Of a stretch of DNA of 64,000 bases, positions 47,604-58,648 are shown one piece after another. Source of the DNA: Nannocystis bainbridge (GTDB lineage Bacteria > Myxococcota_A > Polyangia > Nannocystales > Nannocystaceae). The translations under genes were made by a program, and so were the position numbers. How positions within the stretch are numbered: the stretch's first letter is position 1; every line of letters begins with the position of its first letter. The notes below the pieces were generated by a model, which searched no databases, had not been told where the DNA came from, and was given only the letters and a program-made list of their open reading frames with translations. The stretch lies in contig NZ_JAQNDL010000005.1 in NCBI RefSeq assembly GCF_028368995.1, positions 448,001-512,000 on the forward strand. The letters are read 5' to 3'.

Positions 47604-50600
47604 TCAAACGGCGCGACGGCGCCGGCGCAACGCCAGGAGGGGCAGTGCCAGCCCCGCGAGCCAGCCGCCGCGGGGATCGGCGACGCAGCCGCAGCCGGTC
47701 TCCGCGCCCGCGCTCATGCCTCCGGAGTCGGACTCGTCGCTCGAAGTACCGGTCGGCTCGTCGGGGCCGGTGGTCGGGTCGGCGGGACCGCCCGTCGTGG
47801 GCTCGTCCGGATTGGGCATGCAGACGGCGGCATCGTCGACCCACCGCGGGAAGGGAGCGTCGACGATCCCCTCGAAGCGGAAGTTGTCGAGCGTCCACCC
47901 GGGGGCGCTGAGGACCGTATCGGTGGCGAGCCGGAAGCGAATGCGCATGGTCAGGCCGGCCAGCATCGTGCCGAAGTCGAGGACGACGGGGTTCATCTTC
48001 GGGTAATCCGGGCTGGTCTTGACGAAGGCGTAGCGCTTCACGAGCGGATTATCGCTGGCGACGATCGTGCCGTTGTATCCGATGTCGCCGACGACCTTGG
48101 TAGCGTCTTGCCAGGTCTCGCCGTCGTCGTCGGACAGCTCGATGACGCCGCCGTCCCATGCGTAGCCGCCGTAGGCGTCGAAGGCGTACGCGTGGTCGAA
48201 GGCCAGTGTGAAGTCCTGGTCTTCGGCGACGGTGAAGGCCGGCGAGACGAGGGCGGCGTCGGTCGGCGCGCCGCGGTCCCTGCCGTGCCAGACGTGGCTG
48301 TCGGGCCCGGACTCGCGTGCCCACACCAGCGAGCCGTCGTCGCCGGTGAGCGTCCAGGCAGCGGCTACCTCGACGTCGTCCTCGCTCGCGCCGGTGAGCG
48401 CTGCGTCGGCCTGCACCGTCGCATGCAAGAGCTGCTCGGCCGGCGACTCGCACCCGCCGGGCGTCGTCAGTCGCACGCGCAGCGCCACGGGCGTGGGCTC
48501 GGTCATGCCGGCGTCCAGCGCCACGGGGATCGCCCCCGTGCCGGCCTGCTGCGGCCCGAGCTCGGGCAGGGCGAACACGGGCCCGTCGGGGAACACCAGG
48601 CCCGGCGGCGGATCGACGATCTCGACCGTCGCGCCGGCGAGCGGGACGGTGCCGCCGTTGTAGACCTCGAACGCGAGGCGACCGATCTCGCCGTCGTCGA
48701 GGATGCCGTCCTCGTCGCACGAGAGGATGCTGTCGTCGAGGGTCGCGCCGAGCAGCACGCCGCGGCCGCGCAGCTCGTAGTCCTCGACCACGTGCTCGAG
48801 GGTCGTCGAGAACTTGGGCGGTGACTCGGCGCAGCTGCCCGCGCCGCGGTCGGCGAAGGCCGCGGCGACGGCGAGCATGTCGGCCTCGCTGGTGGCGGCG
48901 ATCGCCATGAGAATCGCGTCTCGCTGCTCGGTGAAGGTCGGCTCGAACGGCGCGAGCATCATGCCGGCGACGACGTAGTCCGACATCCTGCGTCGGACGG
49001 CCTCGAAGCCGAGGTCGTCGGCGTGGAGCTCCTGCAGCGCGACGTAGCTGTCCCACAGCATCTCCGCCCACACCTGCCCGGCGTTGTGCTGCTGACTGTT
49101 GGGGTAGCCGTTCGGGCTGAACAGCGGACCCTCGGGCAGGAGCACGTCGTCGCCGATGTGGCGGAACGTCAGCGGGTTGATGGCGAAGTCGGTCGAATAG
49201 ACGTACTGGCGCCCGTTGAAGAACTGGGTCGGGTCGATCGAGGCCCAGGGCGCGTAGTTGAGGGTCCCGTGGAGGTCGTCGCCCTCGCGGACGCTCATCA
49301 ACATCGCGTTGAAGTCGCCCCAACCCTCGCTCTCGGCCAGGCAGGTCCGGCTGCCGCACTCGACGAGGCGAACATGCAAGAAGTGGCCGAACTCGTGCGC
49401 GATCATCAGCGAATCGAGGCCGGCATCGCGGGTGGGGCCCTGCTCCGCGGCCATGTGCACGGTGAGCTCGGGGCCCGCGAGCGCAGCCTTGAGGGCGTCA
49501 CCGTCGGCGAGGGTGATGCCGACGGTCGGGATGGTGGGGTTCATGATCGAGGGATCTTCGATGGGCACCAGCGGCTCGGCGGCCGCGACGTCGTCGGCGA
49601 TCAGCACCCCGACCGCGCCGGCGGTCCGGGCGCGATGGACCTGGGTCTCGAAGGCGCACTCGCCCCGGTCGACGAGGACGATCTTGCCCTTCACGTCGTT
49701 GACCGGCGCCTCGCAGCCGTCGCTGGTGCTCGCGCCGACACCATCGTCGCAGAGGACCAGCGGCGCGGTGAGGTCGTAGGCCACGGGCCCGAACTCGGCG
49801 ACCTGCCCGTCGAGCGCCAGGCCCAGCGGCTCCACCGACAAATCGCCGAGCGTGCTGAGCCCCTCGAACAGGCGCAGCCGCAAGCGCGGCGACACGCCGT
49901 CGAGCGTGAACGACATGCTGGCGTTGTTGCGCAGGCCGCTCTGCCACCCGTTCAGGTTCTCGACCAGCATCGGATCGCCGTCCTCGCCGCCGCGCCCGTA
50001 GTTGTCGAGCTGCGCGTTGCCGGTCGCCTCGACCAGGCCCGAGTCGTACCACCAGTCGTGCTGCCAATTGGTGACGTAGAAGGCGTGCGTCAGCGCGGCC
50101 ATGAGCTGATCCTCGCTGGCCGTGGCCGCCTGCGTGAAGTCATAGGTGCGATCGAACACGCCTGGGTCCGTGACGGTGGCACGAAAGCGGTTCTCGACCG
50201 GGTCCGGGTCCAGGGAATCGGTGTAGGCGTCGACGTTGTTGCCGACGGTCTGGGTCGCGTTCGCGGGCAGCCACGGATCGGGGACGCCCTCGGGGTTGGT
50301 GTTGAGGCCCTCGACCATGACGAGCGCGGCGTCCGAGTAGCCGTCCGGGACGACGCCGGGGACACCGGTCGGGTGGGGGTTGAAATCGGCGAGCGGACCG
50401 TCGAGCGGCCGACGATCGCCGGGATCGGCGTACACTCGATACTGATGGGCGTGATGGGTGCCGTCGTGGCGCATCAACAGCCGGTCGTCGTCGGCGGCGA
50501 CGACGTATTGAAAGACATCGTCGCGGGCCCCGAGCCGGGTCTGCAGCTCGACGAGGTAGGCGGCGACGAGGACCTCGCCGAGCGGGAAATAGACCGGCCG

Positions 50601-51260
50601 CGCTCGCGCTGGCGCGAGGAATCGCAGGCCCTGGCCCGCGGCGGACTCAGGTTTGCTCGCCGCCGCGAAGCTTCGCCACGGGTGCCGCCCCTCGATCTCG
50701 ACGAGCGGCACGGCGACGCCCTCGCCGTGCAGGTCGCGCAACGCGACAGCGATCGCTGCCGCGGGCGTGGACCCGAACGGGCGCGCCGCGCCAGGGTGCG
50801 CACCGGGGTGCAGCGCCCCGGAGATGGCCACGAGGCGCCGCTCGCGGTCGAGCAGCAGCTTGACGTCCCCGTGGTACAGGTCGACGCCGGCGACGGTCTG
50901 CCGCAGGGCGACGATGATGCCGCCGCGGCCGGTGTCGTGGACGAAGAGGGTCCGTGCCCCGGCGATCACGTGCGGCGTCGCCCCATACGCATCGGCGTGG
51001 CGCCCCAGCTGCGCGCGCGCGGCAGCCTCCGGCGAGCGCGACGCCGGCTGCGGCTCCCCGCGCGGTACCCACATCAAGGAAGGCGCGCCCCGCCCGGGCA
51101 CTCGAGCGACCGCGACGCCACCCTGGACGAGCGTGGGCGCCACCTGGGGTTCGAGCGCCGATGCGTCGAAATTCAACCTCGGACCCGCCGCGTCGACGGC
51201 AGCGACCAGCGCGACGAGCGTGGAGAGCGTGGAGAAGGTAGAAGCCAGGAATAAAGACAT
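47604..51260 (-). CDS. M36 fungalysin metallopeptidase with PA domain and MYXO-CTERM
   Basis: Propeptide, T.GNNVDAY, PA domain IVLVDRGEC.F, AHEFGH, SEGWGDF, HNAGQVW; ends GCGC...LALPLLALRRRR. Confidence 0.93.
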   Translation of the reverse strand: MSLFLASTFSTLSTLVALVAAVDAAGPRLNFDASALEPQVAPTLVQGGVAVARVPGRGAPSLMWVPRGEPQPASRSPEAAARAQLGRHADAYGATPHVIAGARTLFVHDTGRGGIIVALRQTVAGVDLYHGDVKLLLDRERRLVAISGALHPGAHPGAARPFGSTPAAAIAVALRDLHGEGVAVPLVEIEGRHPWRSFAAASKPESAAGQGLRFLAPARARPVYFPLGEVLVAAYLVELQTRLGARDDVFQYVVAADDDRLLMRHDGTHHAHQYRVYADPGDRRPLDGPLADFNPHPTGVPGVVPDGYSDAALVMVEGLNTNPEGVPDPWLPANATQTVGNNVDAYTDSLDPDPVENRFRATVTDPGVFDRTYDFTQAATASEDQLMAALTHAFYVTNWQHDWWYDSGLVEATGNAQLDNYGRGGEDGDPMLVENLNGWQSGLRNNASMSFTLDGVSPRLRLRLFEGLSTLGDLSVEPLGLALDGQVAEFGPVAYDLTAPLVLCDDGVGASTSDGCEAPVNDVKGKIVLVDRGECAFETQVHRARTAGAVGVLIADDVAAAEPLVPIEDPSIMNPTIPTVGITLADGDALKAALAGPELTVHMAAEQGPTRDAGLDSLMIAHEFGHFLHVRLVECGSRTCLAESEGWGDFNAMLMSVREGDDLHGTLNYAPWASIDPTQFFNGRQYVYSTDFAINPLTFRHIGDDVLLPEGPLFSPNGYPNSQQHNAGQVWAEMLWDSYVALQELHADDLGFEAVRRRMSDYVVAGMMLAPFEPTFTEQRDAILMAIAATSEADMLAVAAAFADRGAGSCAESPPKFSTTLEHVVEDYELRGRGVLLGATLDDSILSCDEDGILDDGEIGRLAFEVYNGGTVPLAGATVEIVDPPPGLVFPDGPVFALPELGPQQAGTGAIPVALDAGMTEPTPVALRVRLTTPGGCESPAEQLLHATVQADAALTGASEDDVEVAAAWTLTGDDGSLVWARESGPDSHVWHGRDRGAPTDAALVSPAFTVAEDQDFTLAFDHAYAFDAYGGYAWDGGVIELSDDDGETWQDATKVVGDIGYNGTIVASDNPLVKRYAFVKTSPDYPKMNPVVLDFGTMLAGLTMRIRFRLATDTVLSAPGWTLDNFRFEGIVDAPFPRWVDDAAVCMPNPDEPTTGGPADPTTGPDEPTGTSSDESDSGGMSAGAETGCGCVADPRGGWLAGLALPLLALRRRRRAV

Positions 51261-51513
51261 GCGCAGCAAGCTATCCGCTGGGGCGCGTCGCAGCCGATCG
51301 TCCCCGACCCATTCACGGCTTCACTGCAGTGACTTGAGGATTCGCGCGCAGGCAACGATTTCTCCGCATCGTGGATAGCGGGCACCTGGACAGCCGCTCC
51401 TCGAATTACGAGCGAACACGCCGCCGGCGCGCGCGGCCCGCACCGGTCGTCGGTGCGACGGGGCGGTCATCGCACGAGCCTGTGTTTGCCCACATGTGGG
51501 TGAAGCCCACGCA

Positions 51514-51554
51514 ATCGAAAACGCGTCTACGAACCCGCCCACCGACCCCTGGCT
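51514..51554 (+). repeat. 41-bp direct repeat, copy 2
   Basis: ATCGAAAACGCGTCTACGAACCCGCCCACCGACCCCTGGCT. Confidence 0.85.
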
Positions 51555-51866
51555 CGGTGCTCACGCGCAGTAGCCGGGCGGAAGCTCGGGCGTGGACCGT
51601 CCTTGCCGTAGACGAAGCGATGGAACACGCCGCGGACCATCGACGCCTGCAGCTCGCAGTAGAGGTGCTGCTCGAGCTCCGCGGCGCTGAACAGCCCGCG
51701 CGCGCGGCTCGTAGAAGAGATTGATCCTGTGGCGCGATTCGCCGGGGACGGCGGCGGGTGGAGCGGGGCGACTGCTCCCATCTTCGCGAGAGCAGGATCG
51801 GCGCGCAACCTCGCAACGCCACCTGAATAGGCGCACCATTCGGTCGCGAGAGGCAGACGCGAGGCG

Positions 51867-52850
51867 CTACAGCGGGAACGCGCTGTAGTCGTCGAAGTCA
51901 CGCCAGTTGCAGGCTTCGAGCGGGTCGATCCGGCTGGCCAGCTGGGAAGCGCGCAGACGCGTCGCTACGCGGCAGTTACGCTTCCACGGCGTGGGCCACA
52001 GGCATAGCCGCCGCAGCGCGACGAGCTCCGCGGCGCTGCCGAGAGCGTTCACGGTCGCATCGTCCCAGATGAGGGCTTCCTCGCACCGATCCGAGAGCTG
52101 TCGCGGGGTGCGGGTCTCGTAGCCGAGGTGCAGCTCCGTGAGTCGTGGCAGCTCCGCGCGGGTCAGCGACTGCACGGAGGGCGGCGCCGCACCCATGCGC
52201 GCATCGAGAATGCGCAGAGCAGGGTGGAATGCGGCGACGAAGTAGGGGCAACGAATGCCGAGCCGCTCCAGGCGGGGACACCCCCTGGCCAGCGGCAGCA
52301 GCGAGCCGCAACTGCGCAGGACGAACGACGCGTCGCTGTGCGGATCGGGCAGTCCGCCGATGCACAGCGCGCGCAGGGCCGCGAGCGGCTCCGCCGAAAG
52401 CGCCTCGACGAGCGGCGCGAAGTCCTCCCTGTCGTCCTGCATGTACTGCACGGAGAGTGAGACCAGAAGCCGCGCCGATGGATGCGCGAGGACCAGCCGG
52501 AGCACCTCGGGAGGCCCTGCAAAACGCAGGGTCCGGAAGAAGCCGCCGCGGTAGACCACCTCGCAGCGCGCCGCGGGCTCGGCGTCACGCAGCGAAGCAA
52601 GAGCGCCGGTGAGCTCCGCTGCGTGCGTCGCAAGGAGGGCTCGCTCTTGCTCGCGTAGCGCAGCGTCCTCGTTTTCTTCGAGGGCGAGCTGGACGAGACC
52701 CAGCTCGCCCCGCGGGTCACCTTGGGATCGCAGCCGCTCGGCGTAGGCGACCCATGCTCGGCGCTCGTCGGGGCGGTCGATGATGTCTCGCTCGAGTTGC
52801 AAATTCTCGGGATCGGCTCGCACCGCGACATCGTATCCTCGGCAGACCAC
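51867..52850 (-). CDS. TIGR02996-like N-terminal domain plus leucine-rich repeat protein
   Basis: PDERRAWVAYAERL..QGDPRGEL..VQLALE, RGGF, then L..L.L repeats. Confidence 0.75.
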   Translation of the reverse strand: MVCRGYDVAVRADPENLQLERDIIDRPDERRAWVAYAERLRSQGDPRGELGLVQLALEENEDAALREQERALLATHAAELTGALASLRDAEPAARCEVVYRGGFFRTLRFAGPPEVLRLVLAHPSARLLVSLSVQYMQDDREDFAPLVEALSAEPLAALRALCIGGLPDPHSDASFVLRSCGSLLPLARGCPRLERLGIRCPYFVAAFHPALRILDARMGAAPPSVQSLTRAELPRLTELHLGYETRTPRQLSDRCEEALIWDDATVNALGSAAELVALRRLCLWPTPWKRNCRVATRLRASQLASRIDPLEACNWRDFDDYSAFPL

Positions 52851-53079
52851 GCGCCACCTGAAAAGGTGGATTCGCCGGGCCCCGGCGAGGCGGACACGCT
52901 CTACCGCGCACCACGGAGGTTTACCTGCACGGCAGCAAGCGCGGCGCGACGCGATCGCCGAGCTGGTCGCTCACCGAACAAACCTCGCCACCGAGAGTGA
53001 CACAAATCTGACACAGCCCGGGGCGACGCGAGGCGGCCGTGACAAAGGCGCCGCCGGCCTCGCGTCATCACGACGCATT

Positions 53080-53586
53080 TCAGCCGTTGCCGTGCTCGGC
53101 GAGCCACTTGTGCATAAACGGCACGCTCGCCTCCCAGCCCTCGCGCAGCTGCTTCTCGAGCGAGCTCTCGATCAGGCCGCCCACCCCGAACACCTTGGCT
53201 TCGACGACGAGGTCGGCGATTCGGCGCACCTTGTTGTCACCGATCGGCTCGATCCGCAGCGAGCCCTCGTTGCGGACCTTGTCGGCCATCGAGCTCGGGG
53301 TGACCTTCCACGTCCAGAGCTTGCTCGCGCGGTCGAGCTTGCCGTCCTCGACGTAGCTGAAGTTCGCGCCGACGAGCTTGGCGATCGGCCCGGGCAGGTT
53401 CATCTTCGGCGCGCCCTTGACCTTGCGCGTCACCGTCGTGTCGGTCTCGTGCTGCTCGAGGATGTCGTAGGCGTTGAACCCGAGCCCCTCGAGGTAGAGC
53501 TTCTTGTTGTACTCCTGGTCGAGGAACACTCGCCAGAAGGTGTCAGCGTCGCAATTGATCTCGTGGACTAGCGTGAACTTGGACAT
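53080..53586 (-). CDS. DUF2505 (SRPBCC-like) protein
   Basis: F..VHEI.CD.DTFW...KVFGVGGLIE...pattern. Confidence 0.75.
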   Translation of the reverse strand: MSKFTLVHEINCDADTFWRVFLDQEYNKKLYLEGLGFNAYDILEQHETDTTVTRKVKGAPKMNLPGPIAKLVGANFSYVEDGKLDRASKLWTWKVTPSSMADKVRNEGSLRIEPIGDNKVRRIADLVVEAKVFGVGGLIESSLEKQLREGWEASVPFMHKWLAEHGNG

Positions 53587-53652
53587 GACGCGCGGACTCT
53601 AGCAGCGCCACGGCCGGGCGGGAAGCGCAGAACGCCGCCAAGTCGAGCGGTC

Positions 53653-56600
53653 TCACGGCTGCGAACGACGGATGAACAGCACTCCGCCGCGCACGCCGAC
53701 GACGTCGGGGCGATCGTCACCGTCGACGTCGGGGAACGCGACCAGGTCGAGCGACTCGTCGGCCAGGGTCACGCGTGCCACACCTTCGTCGCTGCGCAGC
53801 CACACGTACGTGCCCGCGAGGTCGGCGACCGCGAGGTCGTTGTGGCCGTCGCGGTCGACGTCGGCGACGCCCTTCAAGAGGCTCTGCTGCAGCGAGTCGC
53901 TGCGCAGGAGCAGCGACTTGCGGTCGGGCGCGCCGCGGTCGTGGCGGTAGATCGCCGTGCCGTCCTGCGTCACCAGATCGACGCGACCGCGGGCGTCGGG
54001 CGGGCCGAACATCGCCGCGGTGCCCGGCAGGTCGGTCGCCGACCAACTGCCGCCCGCCTCGGCGAGCACCAGCGTGCTGACGCCCGCGTCATGCGATCGC
54101 ACGAGGATGTCGAGGTCGCCGTCGCCGTCGACGTCGCCGAGCTCGAGCGTCGAGCGGGCGGTGGCGGACACCTCGGCGATCGCGACGAGCGACGCGAACT
54201 GCCGCGGCCCGGTCCCGCGGGCCAGCGACACCTTCGCCCCGCCGTCGAGCCGCAGCGCCACGAGGTCCGGGCGCGTTTCACCGTCGAGCTCGCCGACCGC
54301 GAGCGCGCGCACGCCCCCCCCTTCGAACTCGGCGATCACGATCGGCGGATCGCGGCCGTCGGGGCGAAACGGGAACACCGCGACCTCGCCCGACCATTTG
54401 GCGGCGAGGACCTCGGGCGGGCCGTCGCCGTCGATGTCGCCGACGGCCAGCGCGTAGCGGGACGACCCGTCGCTGTGCGACCGCCCGCGCGCGAGCGCGT
54501 CGACCTCCGCGCCCCACAACACCCCGACCCCGCCGACGCTCCCCTGCGACGCGGTCGCCACGTCGTCGTGGCCGTCGGCGTCGAGGTCGGCCACGACCAG
54601 CCCGTCGACCAGCCCGTGGAACGGGCGGATGCTGGTGAGCTGCGGCAGCATCACCGGGCGCACCAGATAGGTGGCGATGCCCAGGCGCCCGAGCGTCACC
54701 ACGTCGAACTGCGCGCCCTGTTCGGCGGCGAACGCCCCGGCAGTGGCGTCGACGAACCGGTAAGACGACCACTGCGGCGCGAACGTCCCGTCGCCGTGGC
54801 CGCGGTGGTACTGATACGCCCCCAGGGCGGAGATCGCCGTGACCGCGTCGACACGACCGTCACCGTCGAGATCGCGGAGCGACCGCGGCGGCAGCACCCC
54901 GGGGCTCGGCACCACCGCCGGCGTCCCGTCGACCAGCCCGAACACGCTCAGGACTCCCGGCATCGTCGCCACCACCACGTCGAGCGCGCCGTCGCCGTCG
55001 AGGTCGCCGACCGCGAAGCCGTCGGCGAGGAACTGCCCGCTCGTCAGCCCCGTCGCCGCGCCGAGGTCGACCGTCGCGGCGGCGACGAAGCCCGAGCCCT
55101 CGGGCACCAGGTACGAGACGAAGCCGGTCTGCTTGTCGCGCCCGTACATCACCAGCTCGTCGACCCCGTCGCCGTCGAGGTCGACCGGCGCCAGCCCGAG
55201 CACGAAGTGCTCCGCTCCGATCACGACCTCCTCGGCGACGCTGCCGTCGGCCGCGAAGCGCAGCAGCGCCGCCCCCGGGCCGTTGTACGCGCCGCCGGTC
55301 TCCTGCGCCGAGATCGCCGCGATCGTCGCCGGCTGGCCGGGCCCGGTCCGCAGCGGCTGCAGCTTGAACGGCAGCGCCGCGGCCTCGTACGGCGGCTGCA
55401 GCTCGAACGACCCGTCCTCGGCCGCGCGCGCCAGCCACACCCGGCTCGCGTCGGACACGAGGATGTCGCCCAGCCCGTCGCCGGTGACGTCGGCGATCGC
55501 CATCCCGCGCGGCTCGACCTCGAGGTCGAGCCCGGCGATCGGCTCGAGGCTGCGATCGGCCCGGCCGCGAAACACCAGCAGCCGATTGTCGGACACCACC
55601 GCGACATCGAGCAGCGGATCGGCGTCGAGGCGCCCCGTCGTCACCGCGCTCTCGTAAAGGCTGCTCTGCAGCGACGGGTCGCGCCAGATCTCCACCGCCG
55701 CCGTGATCGCCTCGTGCACGTGCAGACGTACGAACCCCTCGCCGCCGACCAGCAGGTCGCCGTCCGCGCTCGCCCCGACCCAGCTGCCCGTGCTCGCCAT
55801 CGCCTGCTCGATGCGACCGAGCCACGTCGAGCCCTTACCGAACCACGTCGTGAAGCCGAGGTCGCTCGGCACGCTGACGCCGACCAGGCCGCTCGCCGCC
55901 ACCGGTCCTGCCACCAGCCCCGCGCCGTCGGCCGGCGCCGCGAACGGCAGCGCGATCGGGCTCGAGAACCGGCCGACGCCGTCGTTGCGATGGACCAGCA
56001 CCTGCTCGCGCCCGGCCCGGGTCAGCGCGTCGAGGTCGCCGTCGCCGTCGTGATCGGCGAGGGTCAGCCATTGCATGCGCGCCGCCGCCGGGCTCGCCGC
56101 GCCGGCCCGCAGCGCGCCGTCACCTGTCCCGAGGAACAGCCGCAGCGCCCGCCGGGCGTCGACCACCACCACGTCGAGGTCGGCGTCGCCGTCGACGTCG
56201 CCGACGGCGAGCTGCAGCGGCCGACGGCCGGCCTCGTGCTCCTGCATGGTCGCCTTCGGCGGATCGATCACCGCGAGCAGACCGGCCTCGGGGATCGTGA
56301 CCAGCAGCTCGGGCGCCCCGTCGCCGGCCAGGTCGGCGGCCACCAGCCCCACCGGCGCGTCGCGCAGGAACACCTGGCGGCGGCGCTCGAGCCGGCCGGA
56401 GGCGTCGACGCCGAACATCGCCACCTGCGGCGGTTTCGCCAGCGCCACCCCCACCTCGCCCGCCAGCGCCGCGATCGCCACGGGCCGCTCGTCCAGCAGG
56501 AACTGGACCGATCGCTGACCCTCGGGCCAGGCGACGGCGAGCTGCCCGCCGCTGGCGTCGAGCACCACCATCTCGCGCGCCCCGTCGCCGTCGAGGTCGA

Positions 56601-56793
56601 CCTCCACGACCTGCTCGCCGCGCGGCGTCAGGCTGCGCCACTCGCCGTCCTGCGCGCACAGCCGCGCCAGCGGGCCGCAGCGCCCCTCGTCGCCGCCGCA
56701 CGCGAACATGGTCGCGCCCACCAACGCCGCCGCCACCGAGCCCGCCACGCGCGCGCCGCTGGGGGCCGAAGCAGGTCGAGAGCGCCGCCGCAT
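53653..56793 (-). CDS. FG-GAP/VCBS repeat lipoprotein
   Basis: Many GD.DGDG..D motifs; lipobox MFAC; start uncertain. Confidence 0.85.
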   Translation of the reverse strand: MRRRSRPASAPSGARVAGSVAAALVGATMFACGGDEGRCGPLARLCAQDGEWRSLTPRGEQVVEVDLDGDGAREMVVLDASGGQLAVAWPEGQRSVQFLLDERPVAIAALAGEVGVALAKPPQVAMFGVDASGRLERRRQVFLRDAPVGLVAADLAGDGAPELLVTIPEAGLLAVIDPPKATMQEHEAGRRPLQLAVGDVDGDADLDVVVVDARRALRLFLGTGDGALRAGAASPAAARMQWLTLADHDGDGDLDALTRAGREQVLVHRNDGVGRFSSPIALPFAAPADGAGLVAGPVAASGLVGVSVPSDLGFTTWFGKGSTWLGRIEQAMASTGSWVGASADGDLLVGGEGFVRLHVHEAITAAVEIWRDPSLQSSLYESAVTTGRLDADPLLDVAVVSDNRLLVFRGRADRSLEPIAGLDLEVEPRGMAIADVTGDGLGDILVSDASRVWLARAAEDGSFELQPPYEAAALPFKLQPLRTGPGQPATIAAISAQETGGAYNGPGAALLRFAADGSVAEEVVIGAEHFVLGLAPVDLDGDGVDELVMYGRDKQTGFVSYLVPEGSGFVAAATVDLGAATGLTSGQFLADGFAVGDLDGDGALDVVVATMPGVLSVFGLVDGTPAVVPSPGVLPPRSLRDLDGDGRVDAVTAISALGAYQYHRGHGDGTFAPQWSSYRFVDATAGAFAAEQGAQFDVVTLGRLGIATYLVRPVMLPQLTSIRPFHGLVDGLVVADLDADGHDDVATASQGSVGGVGVLWGAEVDALARGRSHSDGSSRYALAVGDIDGDGPPEVLAAKWSGEVAVFPFRPDGRDPPIVIAEFEGGGVRALAVGELDGETRPDLVALRLDGGAKVSLARGTGPRQFASLVAIAEVSATARSTLELGDVDGDGDLDILVRSHDAGVSTLVLAEAGGSWSATDLPGTAAMFGPPDARGRVDLVTQDGTAIYRHDRGAPDRKSLLLRSDSLQQSLLKGVADVDRDGHNDLAVADLAGTYVWLRSDEGVARVTLADESLDLVAFPDVDGDDRPDVVGVRGGVLFIRRSQP

Positions 56794-57105
56794 GCGGGCC
56801 CCAGCGTACACCCGCGTCGCCGGACCCGTCGCCTGCGCACGCGCCGCTCGCAGCGAGCGCACGGCAGACCCCCGCCAGCGAGCCCCCGTGCCGCCCAGCC
56901 ACATCGCCCCGACCACCCGCCACATGCTCGCTCGCCCGCCCCCACAATCACTGCCCGCCCGACCTCGTGCCCGCATCGCCGCGACGGCCGGACCCCGCGG
57001 CCATCACGAGCCCCGATCTAACCGGTACTTTCGGACATGCCCCTCGGGACAGCTCATTCCTGATTTTGACCGCGCCCGCCGCGGGCGGTACGCTCGCGCC
57101 CCCGC

Positions 57106-58233
57106 ATGACCGAACCGAACCTGCCCCCCGGACACCGCGTCGTCGTCACCGAGCTGGCCGAGGACCCGGCGACGGCGATCGAGCATCACATGTCCCTGGA
57201 GCCCGTCGACCCGCCCGACCCGCGGCTGCTCGGCGCCACCGACGTGATCGTGCGGATCCGCAGCGCCGCGGTCGGCTGGGTCGACCTGCTCATGACGAGC
57301 GGCCAATATCAACACCAGCCGCCCCTGCCCTACACCCCGGGGCTCGAGTACGCCGGCGAGGTCGCGTGGCTCGGCGCCGAGGTCCCCCCCGAGCAATTGC
57401 GCCTCGGCGATCCGGTGCTCGTCGACGGCCTGCTCAGCGGCCCGCGCTCGGTCGGCGCCTACCAGGCCTACGGCGGCTTCGCCGATTACGCGGTCGCCCC
57501 CGCCGGCGCGGTGCGACGATTGCCGCCCGGCCTCGACTTCGATCAGGCCTGCAACCTGCTCGGCAATTACGAGACCGCCTATCATTGCCTCGTCACCTGC
57601 GGTCAGGTCCAGCCCGGCGAGACCGTGCTGATCCACGGCGCCTCCGGCTCGACCGGCCTGGCCGCCGTGCACGTCGCCAAGCTGCTCGGCGCCACCGTCA
57701 TCGCCACCGGCCGCTCCGACGACAAGCTGGCCGAGGTCCGGGCCCAGGGCGCCGACTACGTGGTCAACACCCGGACCCTCGACGGCAGCCCCGGCGTGCG
57801 CCGCTTCCGGGACGAGGTCAAGGCGCTTACCCGCGGCGCGGGCGTCGACGTCGTCCACGACGGCGTCGGCGGCGACGTCTCGCTCGAGAGCCTGCGCTGC
57901 GTGAAGTTCGGCGCCCGCTTCCTCATCGTCGGCTGGGCCGCCACGCCCGCGGTCGCCCGCGGCAAGGGCCTGCGCGGGGCGCCCAACGCCAACACCCTGC
58001 CGACCAATCTGATCATGATGAAGGGCCTCACCGTGCGCGGCTGCCCGACCGTGCTCTCGACGCTGCACGACCCCTCGATCCGGGCCCCGCGCCTGGCCCG
58101 GATCCTCCAGTGGGTGGACGAGGGCAAGATCCGCCCGCACGTGTCGCGGGTGTTCCCGCTGACCGCGTTCAAGGAGGCCATGCAGGCCAAGTGGCGCGGC
58201 GAGATCGTCGGCGGCTGCGTGCTGCGGCCCTGA
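57106..58233 (+). CDS. NADPH:quinone oxidoreductase (MDR family)
   Basis: GQYQ..PPLPYTPGLEYAGEV, HGASGSTG, GVDVV.D.VGG. Confidence 0.92.
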   Translation: MTEPNLPPGHRVVVTELAEDPATAIEHHMSLEPVDPPDPRLLGATDVIVRIRSAAVGWVDLLMTSGQYQHQPPLPYTPGLEYAGEVAWLGAEVPPEQLRLGDPVLVDGLLSGPRSVGAYQAYGGFADYAVAPAGAVRRLPPGLDFDQACNLLGNYETAYHCLVTCGQVQPGETVLIHGASGSTGLAAVHVAKLLGATVIATGRSDDKLAEVRAQGADYVVNTRTLDGSPGVRRFRDEVKALTRGAGVDVVHDGVGGDVSLESLRCVKFGARFLIVGWAATPAVARGKGLRGAPNANTLPTNLIMMKGLTVRGCPTVLSTLHDPSIRAPRLARILQWVDEGKIRPHVSRVFPLTAFKEAMQAKWRGEIVGGCVLRP

Positions 58234-58648
58234 TCGCGCAAGGCCCGCGACGGACACGACCATCCCGTCGTCGTAGTACCAGCGACCTCGACCGTGGCGA
58301 GGGCTCCAAACGCAGCCTGAGCCGCGAATCGGCCGGCCCTCGCGGCTTGCGCGGGATGACCGCGCTGCTACCGTGGAGCCTGAATCATCGCTGTGAATAG
58401 TGGGGGTCGGTGAATCCCCTGGCCTCGCCACATTGGCGCCCGCGCCGCCAGACCGCGTTCTGCGGGCCCGGCCGTGGCTTTGGCGGCTCGTGTGCGCGCG
58501 CGCCGACCGGTCTCGACCGGGCAAATGTGAATCGCTGCGCTTGCACTTCCGGGGATGCGGTGCATGCCCTCAGCGCCGCTTGCCGTGGCGAACCGCCGGG
58601 CGAGCAACGAAAACAAACGCATCACCCGAGAGATACAGGGAGATACCC

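Noticed and set aside
51560-51860. Possible gene fragment (HRINLFYEP / FSAAELEQHLYCELQ)
   Set aside because: It looks like frameshifted coding debris, but I cannot assign a family.
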